Source of the DNA: Parcubacteria group bacterium GW2011_GWA2_48_9
GTDB lineage: Bacteria; Patescibacteriota; Patescibacteriia; UBA10025
Direction of reading: 5' to 3'
NCBI GenBank assembly: GCA_001003705.1
Contig: LCPQ01000001.1
Coordinates: forward strand, 58,008-122,007
Length of the DNA stretch: 64,000 bases
A program made the translations under genes and the position numbers. Of the stretch, positions 39,277-48,660 are shown in pieces; positions within the stretch are counted from its first letter, which is position 1; each line of letters opens with the position of its first letter. The notes beneath the pieces are model-generated. The model was not told the DNA's origin. It ran no database searches and saw only the letters and a list, made by a program, of their open reading frames with translations.

Positions 39277-39966
39277 ATGCTTAAGATTGGTCATCGTGGC
39301 GCCGCTGGACACGAGCCGGAAAATACGATGATATCTTTTCAGCGTGCAATTGATATGGGGGCAGACGCCATCGAGCTGGATGTGCAAACGACAAAAGACG
39401 GTGAAGTCATTGCCATGCATGATGCAACTGTCAATAGAACAACTAACGGAGGTGGACGGGTATCACATTTATTATCAGTAGATATACGACGTTTGCGAAC
39501 CAAAAAAAGGAACCAGCCAATCCCAGCATTACGTGAAATCCTCGATGTTTACCAAAACAACCGAGCAATATTTATTGAGATTAAAGACCTTAATAGTGTT
39601 AAATACGTTGCTGACCTGCTACTAAAGCGAGACCACTTTCATAACATTGTTGTCATTTCACTGAACAGACAAGTACTCAAGTCTTTCAATGCACATGCAC
39701 CAAATATTAACACCGGATCATCGTTTATAATACCACCATTTCCGCTGCCGTTTGTCGCGCAGCACTTCATTATCCCTCGTGCACGAATACTAAACGCGCA
39801 GTGGATAAATCTTTTTCATCCTATGATCACTCAATCCCTCGTTATAAGCCTTCACAAAAATGGTTTCAAGGTTAATGCATGGACAGTTGATACGCCAAGT
39901 GCCATAGAACGAATGAGACGATACGGTGTAGATGGCATTATTTCTAACTTCCCGGATCGCCTATGA
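39277..39966 (+). CDS. Glycerophosphodiester phosphodiesterase
   Basis: …IGHRGAAGHEPENT…ELDVQTTKDGEVIAMHD… is the GDPD signature. Confidence 0.85.
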   Translation: MLKIGHRGAAGHEPENTMISFQRAIDMGADAIELDVQTTKDGEVIAMHDATVNRTTNGGGRVSHLLSVDIRRLRTKKRNQPIPALREILDVYQNNRAIFIEIKDLNSVKYVADLLLKRDHFHNIVVISLNRQVLKSFNAHAPNINTGSSFIIPPFPLPFVAQHFIIPRARILNAQWINLFHPMITQSLVISLHKNGFKVNAWTVDTPSAIERMRRYGVDGIISNFPDRL

Positions 39967-40829
39967 TTACTGTTATCCTAACGAGTTCTACGGAACATTT
40001 TAGAAAACGACTTGAATCCGCTGGCGATATCCAGGTCATGGATTCTGATGTAAATAATGACGGAAAAAGGGTCTTCCCTGATGGTGAGGCCTATGCGAGA
40101 CTTTCTCATGCTGATGAACTTGCGGGTAGGGTCATCATCCTCCATTCAGGTGCACCGTACCCTAACCGCGGGTTGCTTGAGCTGGAGATGCTGATCGAAA
40201 TTGTCAGGAATTCCCCATCTGGTGTTCCTGAGATATTTTTTACATATTTTCCGTATGGGATGCAGGACGCGCAATTTCAAATAGGCGAGATAAATGTAGC
40301 AGATAACATTTTTAGAAAGCTCACATCATACTACGGCATAAAGAAAATTTACACTGTCGACCTCCACTGCGCTGGCAAACTATGGATGGTGAAATATCCA
40401 GTAGTCAACGTCTCCGCACTCGAACTACTGAGAGGCGTGGCATCACAAGAATACCCAGATGCGGTATTTGTCACTCCTGACAGCGGACATGAGCGCCGCA
40501 CCGGTATCAAAGGGGCTAAAAAGACGCGCATACATTCTTATCACTCTGAACTGCATTTTGATGATACCATGAAAAGCCTTGTGGTCGGGAAAACCGTTGC
40601 GGTCGTCGACGACATCCTCGAAACAGGCGGTACATTAGATCATTTTTACGATGAATGTAAAAAATATGGCGCAAAAGAGCTACTTGCACTCATCGCGCAT
40701 GGCATCCTCCGCGATGGGATTAATCGTATAACGAATAAATACAAACAGCTGTATCTCACGAATTCGGTAAACCATCCTGAAACGAACGTAGACATCACCC
40801 CACTCATTATTCAAACACTCAATACTTGA
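39963..40829 (+). CDS. prs: Ribose-phosphate pyrophosphokinase-like phosphoribosyltransferase
   Basis: The N-terminal Prs-like domain is followed by the PRPP-binding loop …VAVVDDILETGGTL…. Confidence 0.7.
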   Translation: MITVILTSSTEHFRKRLESAGDIQVMDSDVNNDGKRVFPDGEAYARLSHADELAGRVIILHSGAPYPNRGLLELEMLIEIVRNSPSGVPEIFFTYFPYGMQDAQFQIGEINVADNIFRKLTSYYGIKKIYTVDLHCAGKLWMVKYPVVNVSALELLRGVASQEYPDAVFVTPDSGHERRTGIKGAKKTRIHSYHSELHFDDTMKSLVVGKTVAVVDDILETGGTLDHFYDECKKYGAKELLALIAHGILRDGINRITNKYKQLYLTNSVNHPETNVDITPLIIQTLNT

Positions 40830-40830
40830 T

Positions 40831-42147
40831 ATGCTCCAATCTGATTTCCCATACTACAATACCATTGACCAAATCTACCATACACGGTGGGTTACCGATA
40901 AGCTCGCTAGAATTGAGCGACTACGAGGTATCATTGCCGATCTATGGCCGGCAGGTCATCCGACGCGCTTTATTCATGTCGCTGGTACGAGTGGTAAGGG
41001 CTCTGTATGCAAATTTCTTGAAGCTGGATTTCGAACGATTGGTTCAGCTGGTTCACTTACTGGTCCACATCTTTTCGATTACTGCGAGCGCTTCAGTATT
41101 GGGACGAATGATGTGACACACGCGGATGTTACAGATGCGTGGGAAAACACTGTGCGTCCACTATCGGTAGCCATGGCACGAACTACAGATAAAGAAGGAC
41201 TGGGATTTGGAGAAGTTACTATGCTCATAGCGCTTGTCCTTTTTGAGAGGTACAAATTGCAATGGGCCGCAATCGAGGGATTTGTTGGGGGCAGATATGA
41301 CTACCCAATGGCACTCAATGTTGATGCAACTATTCTTACAAATGTAGGAAACGACCACGCCCATCTGCTAGGCCAAAATAAGTGGCAACGCACATTAGAT
41401 AAAGCTGGTATCTCACGAAAAGGTATCCCACTGATCCTGGGAACCAGCGACCTCGACGTTGTCTCGATAGTTGATTCGGTATGTTCTCACGTTGGTGCCG
41501 AGTTGCTCCCCACCCGGCCTCAAAATACGCAGTATTGCGATGACTACGTCCGCAATCATTCACAGGAAATGCCATCTGATGCCCTCCTCCATGCTACACA
41601 CCAGGTGGTGAATGCTGCTACTGCACTCACAGCATTACAACGGCTCATTCCCCATCCTGATGTGCAGAAAATTATTGGAACGATGGCATCACTTACCATG
41701 CCAGGACGTCTACAACAGATTGAGGAAGGTATTTATATCGATGTTGCACACAACCCCGATAAAATTCTTCGACTTGTCGATGAAGTCAAAAAACGATTTG
41801 TGAACCGAAAGAAGCTTTTTCTCGTTGGATTGTCAAAGAAGCGCTCAGGGAATGAAGTACTCACTCCCATTATGGATATAGCTGACACTGTTATAGTCTC
41901 ATTGCCATCCCACCAAGGTGTCGACCCAATGGAGGTTGGTAAGGAACTTGCGTCCTATAATAAAGGCACGAGGCTAGAAGTGATTCAGAATCCCCAAAAG
42001 GCTATCGCGAAATTGAGGCATCTCCGCAATCACGGCGATGCTATCATCATCACTGGTTCAACATATCTTATAGATGATGCCATCAATCCTGACAGGCTAC
42101 TTCAGCATATTGGCGCCTCTGCCGGATGGAGATCAACTACTGTATAA
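40831..42147 (+). CDS. folC: Folylpolyglutamate synthase / Mur-ligase-family protein
   Basis: P-loop …HVAGTSGKGSV… and Mur ligase middle and C-terminal domains. 438 aa. Confidence 0.75.
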   Translation: MLQSDFPYYNTIDQIYHTRWVTDKLARIERLRGIIADLWPAGHPTRFIHVAGTSGKGSVCKFLEAGFRTIGSAGSLTGPHLFDYCERFSIGTNDVTHADVTDAWENTVRPLSVAMARTTDKEGLGFGEVTMLIALVLFERYKLQWAAIEGFVGGRYDYPMALNVDATILTNVGNDHAHLLGQNKWQRTLDKAGISRKGIPLILGTSDLDVVSIVDSVCSHVGAELLPTRPQNTQYCDDYVRNHSQEMPSDALLHATHQVVNAATALTALQRLIPHPDVQKIIGTMASLTMPGRLQQIEEGIYIDVAHNPDKILRLVDEVKKRFVNRKKLFLVGLSKKRSGNEVLTPIMDIADTVIVSLPSHQGVDPMEVGKELASYNKGTRLEVIQNPQKAIAKLRHLRNHGDAIIITGSTYLIDDAINPDRLLQHIGASAGWRSTTV

Positions 42148-42157
42148 AGAAAGCTTT

Positions 42158-42286
42158 CTAAAACGCCTCTTCTCCATTTTGCGTCTCTGTTACTTCAAAG
42201 CCGGCATGGTGCAAACTGGCATGAAGAACTCCACGAACTGCTTTTTCGTCTTCAACTATTAAGATTTTTCTTTGTTGCTCTGCCAT
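42158..42286 (-). pseudogene. Response-regulator receiver-domain remnant (about 42 aa)
   Basis: MAEQQRKILIVEDEKAVRGVLHASLHHAGFEVTETQNGEEAF matches the first roughly 40 residues of a CheY-like REC domain and then stops. There is no downstream continuation in any frame. Confidence 0.45.
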
Positions 42287-42332
42287 AAGCCTATGATGTA
42301 TAAGTTGTAGGTACTGGTATCTTACAATGCCC

Positions 42333-43145
42333 TTACCTGGCGAGCCAAGAGCGCAAATCGCTGTATGACATAAGGTTGAGGATATTTCCAGGCTTGATGC
42401 CACGGCTAAAAAGACGATTAACCCCAAGGGTCAATTGACTATGCTGACGCGCAGTAAGTTTCCCGGTTTCTCCATCAACGTCAGGATGGATATCAGTCCC
42501 TAGAGAAACCATGGCCCCTACTTCCCCAATTAAATCAATAAAGTTCTCGTCATATTGCCATGAGGTATTGTATTCTACCGCAATGTTATTTTTTTTCGCG
42601 ACGGTAAGTACTTCCCTCCAATTGTCTAATGTAAGCGGAAAAACATACCTCGTCGGGTGGCTAAGAATATGGACTCGCGAAGACTCGAGAGAAGAACGGA
42701 AATCCCGCATTATCACTTGGGGATCTTTTTCATTTAAGCCTCCGTGTCGAGCAATTATCACAATATCAAGTTGTGAAAGTATATAGTCAGGAACCTCTAA
42801 TTTTCCATTGGGCATGATGCTCATCTCCACACCTATCAGAACATGAAAATCCTTTAACTTCCCTTCTGATTGAAGATCATCCATCCGCTGCTGATTTTCG
42901 AGAAGCTCCTTTGCGCGCCGTGCGTCTATGGTATGCGGAGAGACAGGGTTAGTCGGGTGTTGCACTATTGCAACATACTCCATTCCAATATCATTTTTTG
43001 TCATTTCAACCATGTCAAAAAGCGACTGCGGACCGCATGAAACAGGGTCGCCTCGTATCTCACCGGCATGGTGGGTGGAACACTCCGTATGGTGACTATG
43101 GACATGAAGATCCCCCCGCAGACGATACGTTGGTGAGCTGTTCAT
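42333..43145 (-). CDS. PHP-domain metal-dependent phosphoesterase
   Basis: …DLHVHSHHTECSTHHAGE… and distal His/Asp motifs of the PHP fold. 270 aa. Confidence 0.7.
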   Translation of the reverse strand: MNSSPTYRLRGDLHVHSHHTECSTHHAGEIRGDPVSCGPQSLFDMVEMTKNDIGMEYVAIVQHPTNPVSPHTIDARRAKELLENQQRMDDLQSEGKLKDFHVLIGVEMSIMPNGKLEVPDYILSQLDIVIIARHGGLNEKDPQVIMRDFRSSLESSRVHILSHPTRYVFPLTLDNWREVLTVAKKNNIAVEYNTSWQYDENFIDLIGEVGAMVSLGTDIHPDVDGETGKLTARQHSQLTLGVNRLFSRGIKPGNILNLMSYSDLRSWLAR

Positions 43146-43154
43146 ATGTTCTAC

Positions 43155-44004
43155 TCAATATTTTTCTACTTTGATGTGCATCCACTTCTTTCCCTGCGGA
43201 AGTGCCCGTAGAATCAGCCCATGCTTGGCGCCAATTTGTTGAACAACTGACGCCGAATTGATCGATGCCAGTCTGAGCGCGTAGTCAATGTCGCCCGGAC
43301 GTTTAATCAAACCTGCAACAAACCCGGAGCCGTATGCATCACCAGCACCCGTCGTATCGACTGCCTTCACCGGGTTGATCACTACCTTTCTCACTGTCAT
43401 GCCATCGCATACCCATGAACCTTTTTTACCTTCAGTGATCACGGCAATGCCGTCACATACGCGATCCATTCCTCTCACAAAGTGCAACGTGGGTTCTATA
43501 CTTCCTTGCCATAGACAGAGCTTTCTTTAACAGCGGAATGTTCCCTGCTAGCGAAGAGATATAAAACCACCGTGTGCGGGCTTTCGACCAAGAAACGTCG
43601 TTAGGCTGAAGTGTATGACTGACACCACGGTATACGAGAATAGTGCGTTCACCGCTAGAGGTCAAAAAAATAGTCGAATACCCAGTCCGGCCTTCCGGAT
43701 CTGTAATGACAAAAGGGAGATATATGCCATACGACATTAAGAGACGTTTAACTGACTCGCCAGCGGGATCTAAGCCGACTCTCGTTACGACAGCTGTACG
43801 CAGGCCTTGGCGTGAAAAGGTTACAGCAGTATTCGTCGCTCCGCCCCCAACTTCAAAGAGCACATCGTCGAGCTCAACTTTTGTCCCAAACGCGAAACAC
43901 TCCGCCTGCCCAGTAATAAAGCGTTTATCGCGGATAATGCGGAATCGTTTGCTTACCAGGTAGACATCCTGAGTTGCCTGGCCGATAGAAATTACGTCGT
44001 ACAT
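43155..44004 (-). pseudogene. PfkB-family carbohydrate kinase (ribokinase-like) split by a frameshift, possibly with a small internal deletion
   Basis: ORF 43453..44004 carries the N-terminal GG motif (…FEVGGGATNTAV…). ORF 43155..43487 carries the C-terminal DTTGAGDAY motif. The two are in different frames, overlapping by about 35 nt. Confidence 0.55.
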
Positions 44005-44005
44005 A

Positions 44006-44986
44006 TTAGCGTTTCCTTCTCAATACAGTATACACCGCTTTAGTGATGTCAGCAGCAGCAAGATGGTATTTTTTCATAAGCTCAGAAGGTTTTCCAGACT
44101 CACCAAAAGTATCCCCTACTCCTATACGTTGAATTGGCACGGGTAGTGCCTCACTCAGGAGCTCCGCTACCGCAGCACCCATCCCTCCAGTAATTTGATG
44201 TTCTTCGGCAGTTACTATCGCACCTGTCTTCTTGGCAGAATGTATAATTGTTCGCCGATCAGCTGGTTTGATGGTGTGATTATTTACTACTTCCACGTGA
44301 ATTCCTTTTGTACGCAAGTTTTTGGCCACCATAAGCGCTTCATACACTAGCGCGCCGCAGGCTATGATAGTAACATCGGTTCCAGGATGATAGATTTCTG
44401 CCTTGCCGATCGCAAAGGGTGTTCTGGGCGTGGTAACCACCGGCACCGCTTCACGCCCCATGCGTATATACACCGGTCCTTTGACCTTCACAGCGGCCAA
44501 TACGGCCTTCTCGGCCTCTAGCGCGTCTACAGGAGCAATAACCGTCATGTTTGGTAGTACGCGCATTATTGCAATGTCTTCGAGTGCTTGATGCGTTGCA
44601 CCGTCAGGCCCCACTGAGATCCCCGCATGTGCCCCAATGATTTTTACATTAGCTTTACTGTAACAGATTGATACGCGAATTTGATCCCAATTCCTCCCTG
44701 GGGAGAAAACTGCATATGAAACAATAAACGGAATTTTTCCTGCTAGTGCAAGACCGGCACTGATTCCCGCCATATTTTGCTCGGCCACACCTATTTCGAA
44801 GAATCTTTCTGGGAACGAATTCCGAAATACGAGCGATCTTGTCGATTCAGTTAAATCGGCACACAAAACCACCACGTTCCGGTTTTTCTTTCCAGCCTTT
44901 ACAACGCCCGTACCGTACCCATCACGCATCGGCACCAATTTTACTCCCCGTGAAAATACACTTGGTGATAGATATAACTTATTCAT
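44006..44986 (-). CDS. tkt: Transketolase, C-terminal (pyrimidine-binding) subunit
   Basis: 326 aa with the Pyr and C-terminal transketolase domains (…GVAEQNMAGISAGLAL…). Confidence 0.85.
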   Translation of the reverse strand: MNKLYLSPSVFSRGVKLVPMRDGYGTGVVKAGKKNRNVVVLCADLTESTRSLVFRNSFPERFFEIGVAEQNMAGISAGLALAGKIPFIVSYAVFSPGRNWDQIRVSICYSKANVKIIGAHAGISVGPDGATHQALEDIAIMRVLPNMTVIAPVDALEAEKAVLAAVKVKGPVYIRMGREAVPVVTTPRTPFAIGKAEIYHPGTDVTIIACGALVYEALMVAKNLRTKGIHVEVVNNHTIKPADRRTIIHSAKKTGAIVTAEEHQITGGMGAAVAELLSEALPVPIQRIGVGDTFGESGKPSELMKKYHLAAADITKAVYTVLRRKR

Positions 44987-45715
44987 GCTCCGAAGTGATT
45001 TTACCTTTGAGCGTCCTCAATGAATTTAGATCCTTCATTGCGCGTACTGCTTCTTGACCTTCCGGCGGTTTCCCATGCCAGTGAAAGTCAAACTCCATAA
45101 AACCAACACCTTTGCCTGGAATTGTATGACAGATAATTGCTACCGGTTTATCCCAAATTGCACGCGCCGTATGGCAGGCATCAATGATCTGTTGGATATT
45201 GTGACCATCTACCTCAAGTACGTGCCAATTGAATGACTCGTATTTTTTTCTGAGGGGCTCGATAGGCATGATGTCCTCCACTGGCCCATCTATTTGGATG
45301 CGAGTCTGCCCGCAAGCGCCATGCCAATAGATTGTGAGAGTCCCTGACCTAGCGGGCCGCTAGTATTTTCAATTCCTGGCAATGAACGATTGTGTGGATG
45401 ACCTTGGAGGCGCGAGTTAATTTTTCGAAGTGTATGGAGCTCTTTTACTGGAAAATAGCCTGCGTGCGCAAGCACTGCATACAGCACCGGAGCGAGATGG
45501 CCTGCGGAAAGTACCAGGCGATCTCGGTCGGGCCACTCGGGGCGCCGAGTATCATACCGCAAAACGCAAAAATAGAGTGCAGTAAATACGTCCGCCATAT
45601 CGAGCGGCCCGGCAGAGTGACCGGAGCCGGCGCTAACGAGCATTTTGATAATATCTTTCCGTATGTGGTTCGCTATCGACTCCAGTTCTGCGATTGAATA
45701 CGAACGTTTCTTCAT
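44979..45715 (-). pseudogene. tkt: Transketolase N-terminal (TPP-binding) subunit disrupted by an internal deletion of about 150 nt plus a frameshift
   Basis: ORF 45290..45715 ends …GPLGQGLSQSIGMALAGRLASK*. The next frame resumes at …IQIDGPVEDIMPIEPLRKKYESFNWHV…. The intervening GDGE…N TPP-binding segment (about 45–50 aa) is missing, and the halves are in different frames. Confidence 0.6.
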
Positions 45716-45727
45716 AGCGTCAGTATA

Positions 45728-46366
45728 TCACAGGCCAACACTGCGTCGCACTTCGCGAAGTGCTTCAAGTGGGTCCTGCGCCGAAAAAAGGTAGGAGTTC
45801 ACCGCAAATGAAGTAGCGCCGGCGGCACGCGCTTTTTTCGCCGTATCAGGGGTAACGCCGCCATCCAGCTCGATTGGTAAAAACGGCACCGCAACTCGTA
45901 TCTGCGCTATACGGTCAAGCATTTCTGTATGAAATTCTCCCCCTTCAAATCCCGGCGTGACGCCCAGTACCAGCACTCTATCAACGACCGTAAAGTACGG
46001 CCCGATGCGTTCAAGCGGAGTGGCGGGCGCAATACCGATACCCACTTCCAGCCCTAGTTTTTTCGCTACGGCGATATGGGCGGCAATGTCACCAGACGAC
46101 TCTATGTGAATGATGATTCGTTTTGCACCAGCTTGGTACCAGTCCTGTATATACATAGTGGGATCCTCGACCATGAGCTGCGCTTCAACAGAAAACTTTG
46201 CAAGCTCGGATGGAAATGCTGCTGCCTCTAAAGTAGTGTTACGCGCAAACACACCGTCGACGACATCTATCTGAATCCACGCCGTATGAGCATCGAGTAA
46301 ACTCAGACGTTCATGTGCCACATCTGCCGATTTTACTAGCAGTGTAGGAAGAACTTCTATTTTCAT
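45728..46366 (-). CDS. rpe: Ribulose-phosphate 3-epimerase
   Basis: 212-aa TIM barrel (…IQIDVVDGVFARN…, …IHIES…, …LVLGVTPGFEGGEF…). Confidence 0.85.
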   Translation of the reverse strand: MKIEVLPTLLVKSADVAHERLSLLDAHTAWIQIDVVDGVFARNTTLEAAAFPSELAKFSVEAQLMVEDPTMYIQDWYQAGAKRIIIHIESSGDIAAHIAVAKKLGLEVGIGIAPATPLERIGPYFTVVDRVLVLGVTPGFEGGEFHTEMLDRIAQIRVAVPFLPIELDGGVTPDTAKKARAAGATSFAVNSYLFSAQDPLEALREVRRSVGL

Positions 46367-46812
46367 CGTTCCAGTTTGGCAATTTTACGTTTTCTGCGCT
46401 GATATCGATCGACGGGTAAAAACGACGAGTGTAACCAGCGAATAACTATTCGTTTCGCAACCCCGAAGGTAACGTAATCTGCTGGAAGACACAGTACATT
46501 CACATCATCCTCTCGTCTACTCCTTGCCGCTACTGACTCTTGCCAGACGGTGCCGGCACGGACCCCGTGAAACTTATTTGCCGCTATGTCCATGCCAATA
46601 CCAGTCGAACAAACGAGAATTCCGAGATTCGCCCTTTTTCCAATTTTTTTCGCGACCAATTTGGCAACATCTGGGTAATCCGCTATTCTCGAGTCGTGTG
46701 TTCCGACATCATGTACGGTATACCCTTGTGTATGTAGAAAAGCGGCTAAACGGTTTTTTAATTTATAACCGCGGTGATCAGCGCCGAGATAGATAATTTG
46801 CTTCAGAATCAT
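46363..46812 (-). CDS. rpiB: Ribose-5-phosphate isomerase B
   Basis: 149 aa (…IYLGADHRGYKLK…GILVCSTGIGMDIAANK…) is the RpiB/LacAB signature. Confidence 0.9.
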   Translation of the reverse strand: MILKQIIYLGADHRGYKLKNRLAAFLHTQGYTVHDVGTHDSRIADYPDVAKLVAKKIGKRANLGILVCSTGIGMDIAANKFHGVRAGTVWQESVAARSRREDDVNVLCLPADYVTFGVAKRIVIRWLHSSFLPVDRYQRRKRKIAKLER

Positions 46813-46818
46813 GGCTAT

Positions 46819-47193
46819 CTACGTGAAATCAACAGGCCGAAAACCTTGCGCGGTAATACTGCATTCTTGCCGCACACGCACCCCGCGCTCTTCAAGATAC
46901 GTTAGCAAAGGTTCGCTCGCCGTACCGGGATTGAGAAACACCTCTTTTACACCCTTGTCAATGATTTGGGGGGCTATGGTGAGCCCCACGTCGGACCTGA
47001 CATAGACACTGGCTACATCTACAGTGCCAGGGATTTCATTCAAGGATTTGTAAGCTTTCAAACCTTCGATGAATTGTTCGTGTAAATTGACAGGATACAC
47101 TTCATACCCGGCGAGCCGAAAAGCGCGTACAGCTTTGTTCCCGAATTTACTACGATCTGCAGACGCGCCAATGATGGCAGCAGTTTTTGTCAT
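46819..47193 (-). CDS. CoA-binding-domain protein (YccU-like)
   Basis: 124 aa (…AAIIGASADRSKFGNKAVRAFRLAGYEVYPVN…) is a Rossmann-type CoA-binding fold. Confidence 0.75.
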   Translation of the reverse strand: MTKTAAIIGASADRSKFGNKAVRAFRLAGYEVYPVNLHEQFIEGLKAYKSLNEIPGTVDVASVYVRSDVGLTIAPQIIDKGVKEVFLNPGTASEPLLTYLEERGVRVRQECSITAQGFRPVDFT

Positions 47194-47255
47194 TGATAGT
47201 GAGGGTTAGTATATATGCAACGGCGTAATCGAATGATTATGGGGTGTACGTGTAA

Positions 47256-48644
47256 CTATTTCTTGCTTTCAGCAAGCGGCAAAAGAACTGTTACCTGTGT
47301 TCCAACACGTTCAATACTATCGACGTATATTTCGCCTTTCATAAGACGTATCAATTCTTTGGTAATCCATAAACCTAACCCCGTACCTGTGACAGAGTTC
47401 GTTTCGCGATTTTGAATCCGATAAAACTTTTCAAATAGCCGCTCTCGATCTTTTCCAGACATCCCTATACCAGTGTCAATAATTTTTACTTCAGCCATAT
47501 GCTCCTTTTGGACAAGCGTTACACGCACAGAACCCTTCAGGGTATACTTAATCGCGTTCCCGATGAGATTAACCAGAACCTGCCGTAAACGGTCCGGGTC
47601 GCACAAGATTTCAGGAAAGGGTTTCTTTGGTTCTTCGAAGCTTACTGTAAGACCATCAGCTTTGGCTTGAGCTTCGAGTTGAATAATCACATTTCTAACG
47701 GCGGCTAACAGGTCATGAGGGGCAATAGACATTTTCAGTCTTCCCTGCTCAATTCGTGACACATTGAGAAGATCTTCAACAAGTTCTGCGAGCTGCTTCG
47801 AAGCGGTTTGAATGAGAAGGAGTTTTTCAAGTACCACTCCTTCCACTGGGCCAAATTGGTTCGTTGTCAACATCTGAAGATACCCTTGAATTCCAGTAAT
47901 TGGCGTCCGAAGTTCATGCGATGCCATAGAAATAAAATCATCCTTCATCTGATCCACTTCCTTGAGTTTACGGAAGAGCATCGCATATTCAAAGAGCCTG
48001 GTATTGGTAATGAGCAGCAGCACGATGATGACAATGGTGATGACGAGGACTAGGACTGAGCGGTTAATATTCTGTTCAGTGAGATCGTCAATGATTTTTG
48101 AAGATATTTTCATCGAAACTAGCGCAACCTTTTCTCCAGCTGAATCTTTCACAGGACTCGTTACTACCCAAAATCGTTCACTGCCCCGATCAGCTTTCGT
48201 ACCTTCAAATGCCGTAGAGATACCAGAAGATTGGGTAGTATATGCGATACTTTCATGCGTTTTCCACGCAATTGTATAGTTAAGAAATGATGTCACCGTC
48301 CCAACAGCAGACGGGTCAACGCTGACAATAACTCGAAAATCCTCGCCGTTAGGTACGAGTACGTCGAGTCCGTAAATTTCATCACTTGCAGAGGTTATTC
48401 GATCAACGTATGACTGTACCTTTTGCAGTTGATCAATATCATCCTGCACTAGTGAGCTGAATAAGCTCGTTGCTAAATACGCTTTTCGCTCGAGTTCCAC
48501 ATCTATAACCTTTTGTGAATTTTGTATCAAGAATACAGAGTTCAGTACCACAGCAATTGGAATCAGTAAAAGCAAAATAACTGCATAGGTAACCTGGAAA
48601 TACTTCCGCAGAAATAAATTTGTGTCCCCGGAAAAAAGACGCAT
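47256..48644 (-). CDS. Sensor histidine kinase (two TM segments flanking an extracytoplasmic sensor domain; HisKA plus HATPase_c)
   Basis: H-box …SHELRTPITGI… with N, G1 and G2 boxes in the C-terminal ATPase. No cognate response regulator is adjacent. Confidence 0.85.
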   Translation of the reverse strand: MRLFSGDTNLFLRKYFQVTYAVILLLLIPIAVVLNSVFLIQNSQKVIDVELERKAYLATSLFSSLVQDDIDQLQKVQSYVDRITSASDEIYGLDVLVPNGEDFRVIVSVDPSAVGTVTSFLNYTIAWKTHESIAYTTQSSGISTAFEGTKADRGSERFWVVTSPVKDSAGEKVALVSMKISSKIIDDLTEQNINRSVLVLVITIVIIVLLLITNTRLFEYAMLFRKLKEVDQMKDDFISMASHELRTPITGIQGYLQMLTTNQFGPVEGVVLEKLLLIQTASKQLAELVEDLLNVSRIEQGRLKMSIAPHDLLAAVRNVIIQLEAQAKADGLTVSFEEPKKPFPEILCDPDRLRQVLVNLIGNAIKYTLKGSVRVTLVQKEHMAEVKIIDTGIGMSGKDRERLFEKFYRIQNRETNSVTGTGLGLWITKELIRLMKGEIYVDSIERVGTQVTVLLPLAESKK

Positions 48645-48660
48645 ACCTAGCTGTTTAGCA

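Noticed and set aside
42158-42427. Full 89-aa ORF call for the receiver-domain fragment
   Set aside because: The first 47 residues of that ORF are hydrophobic read-through with no similarity to anything. Only the last 42 aa (from MAEQQRK…) are REC-like, so it is reported as a remnant rather than a gene.
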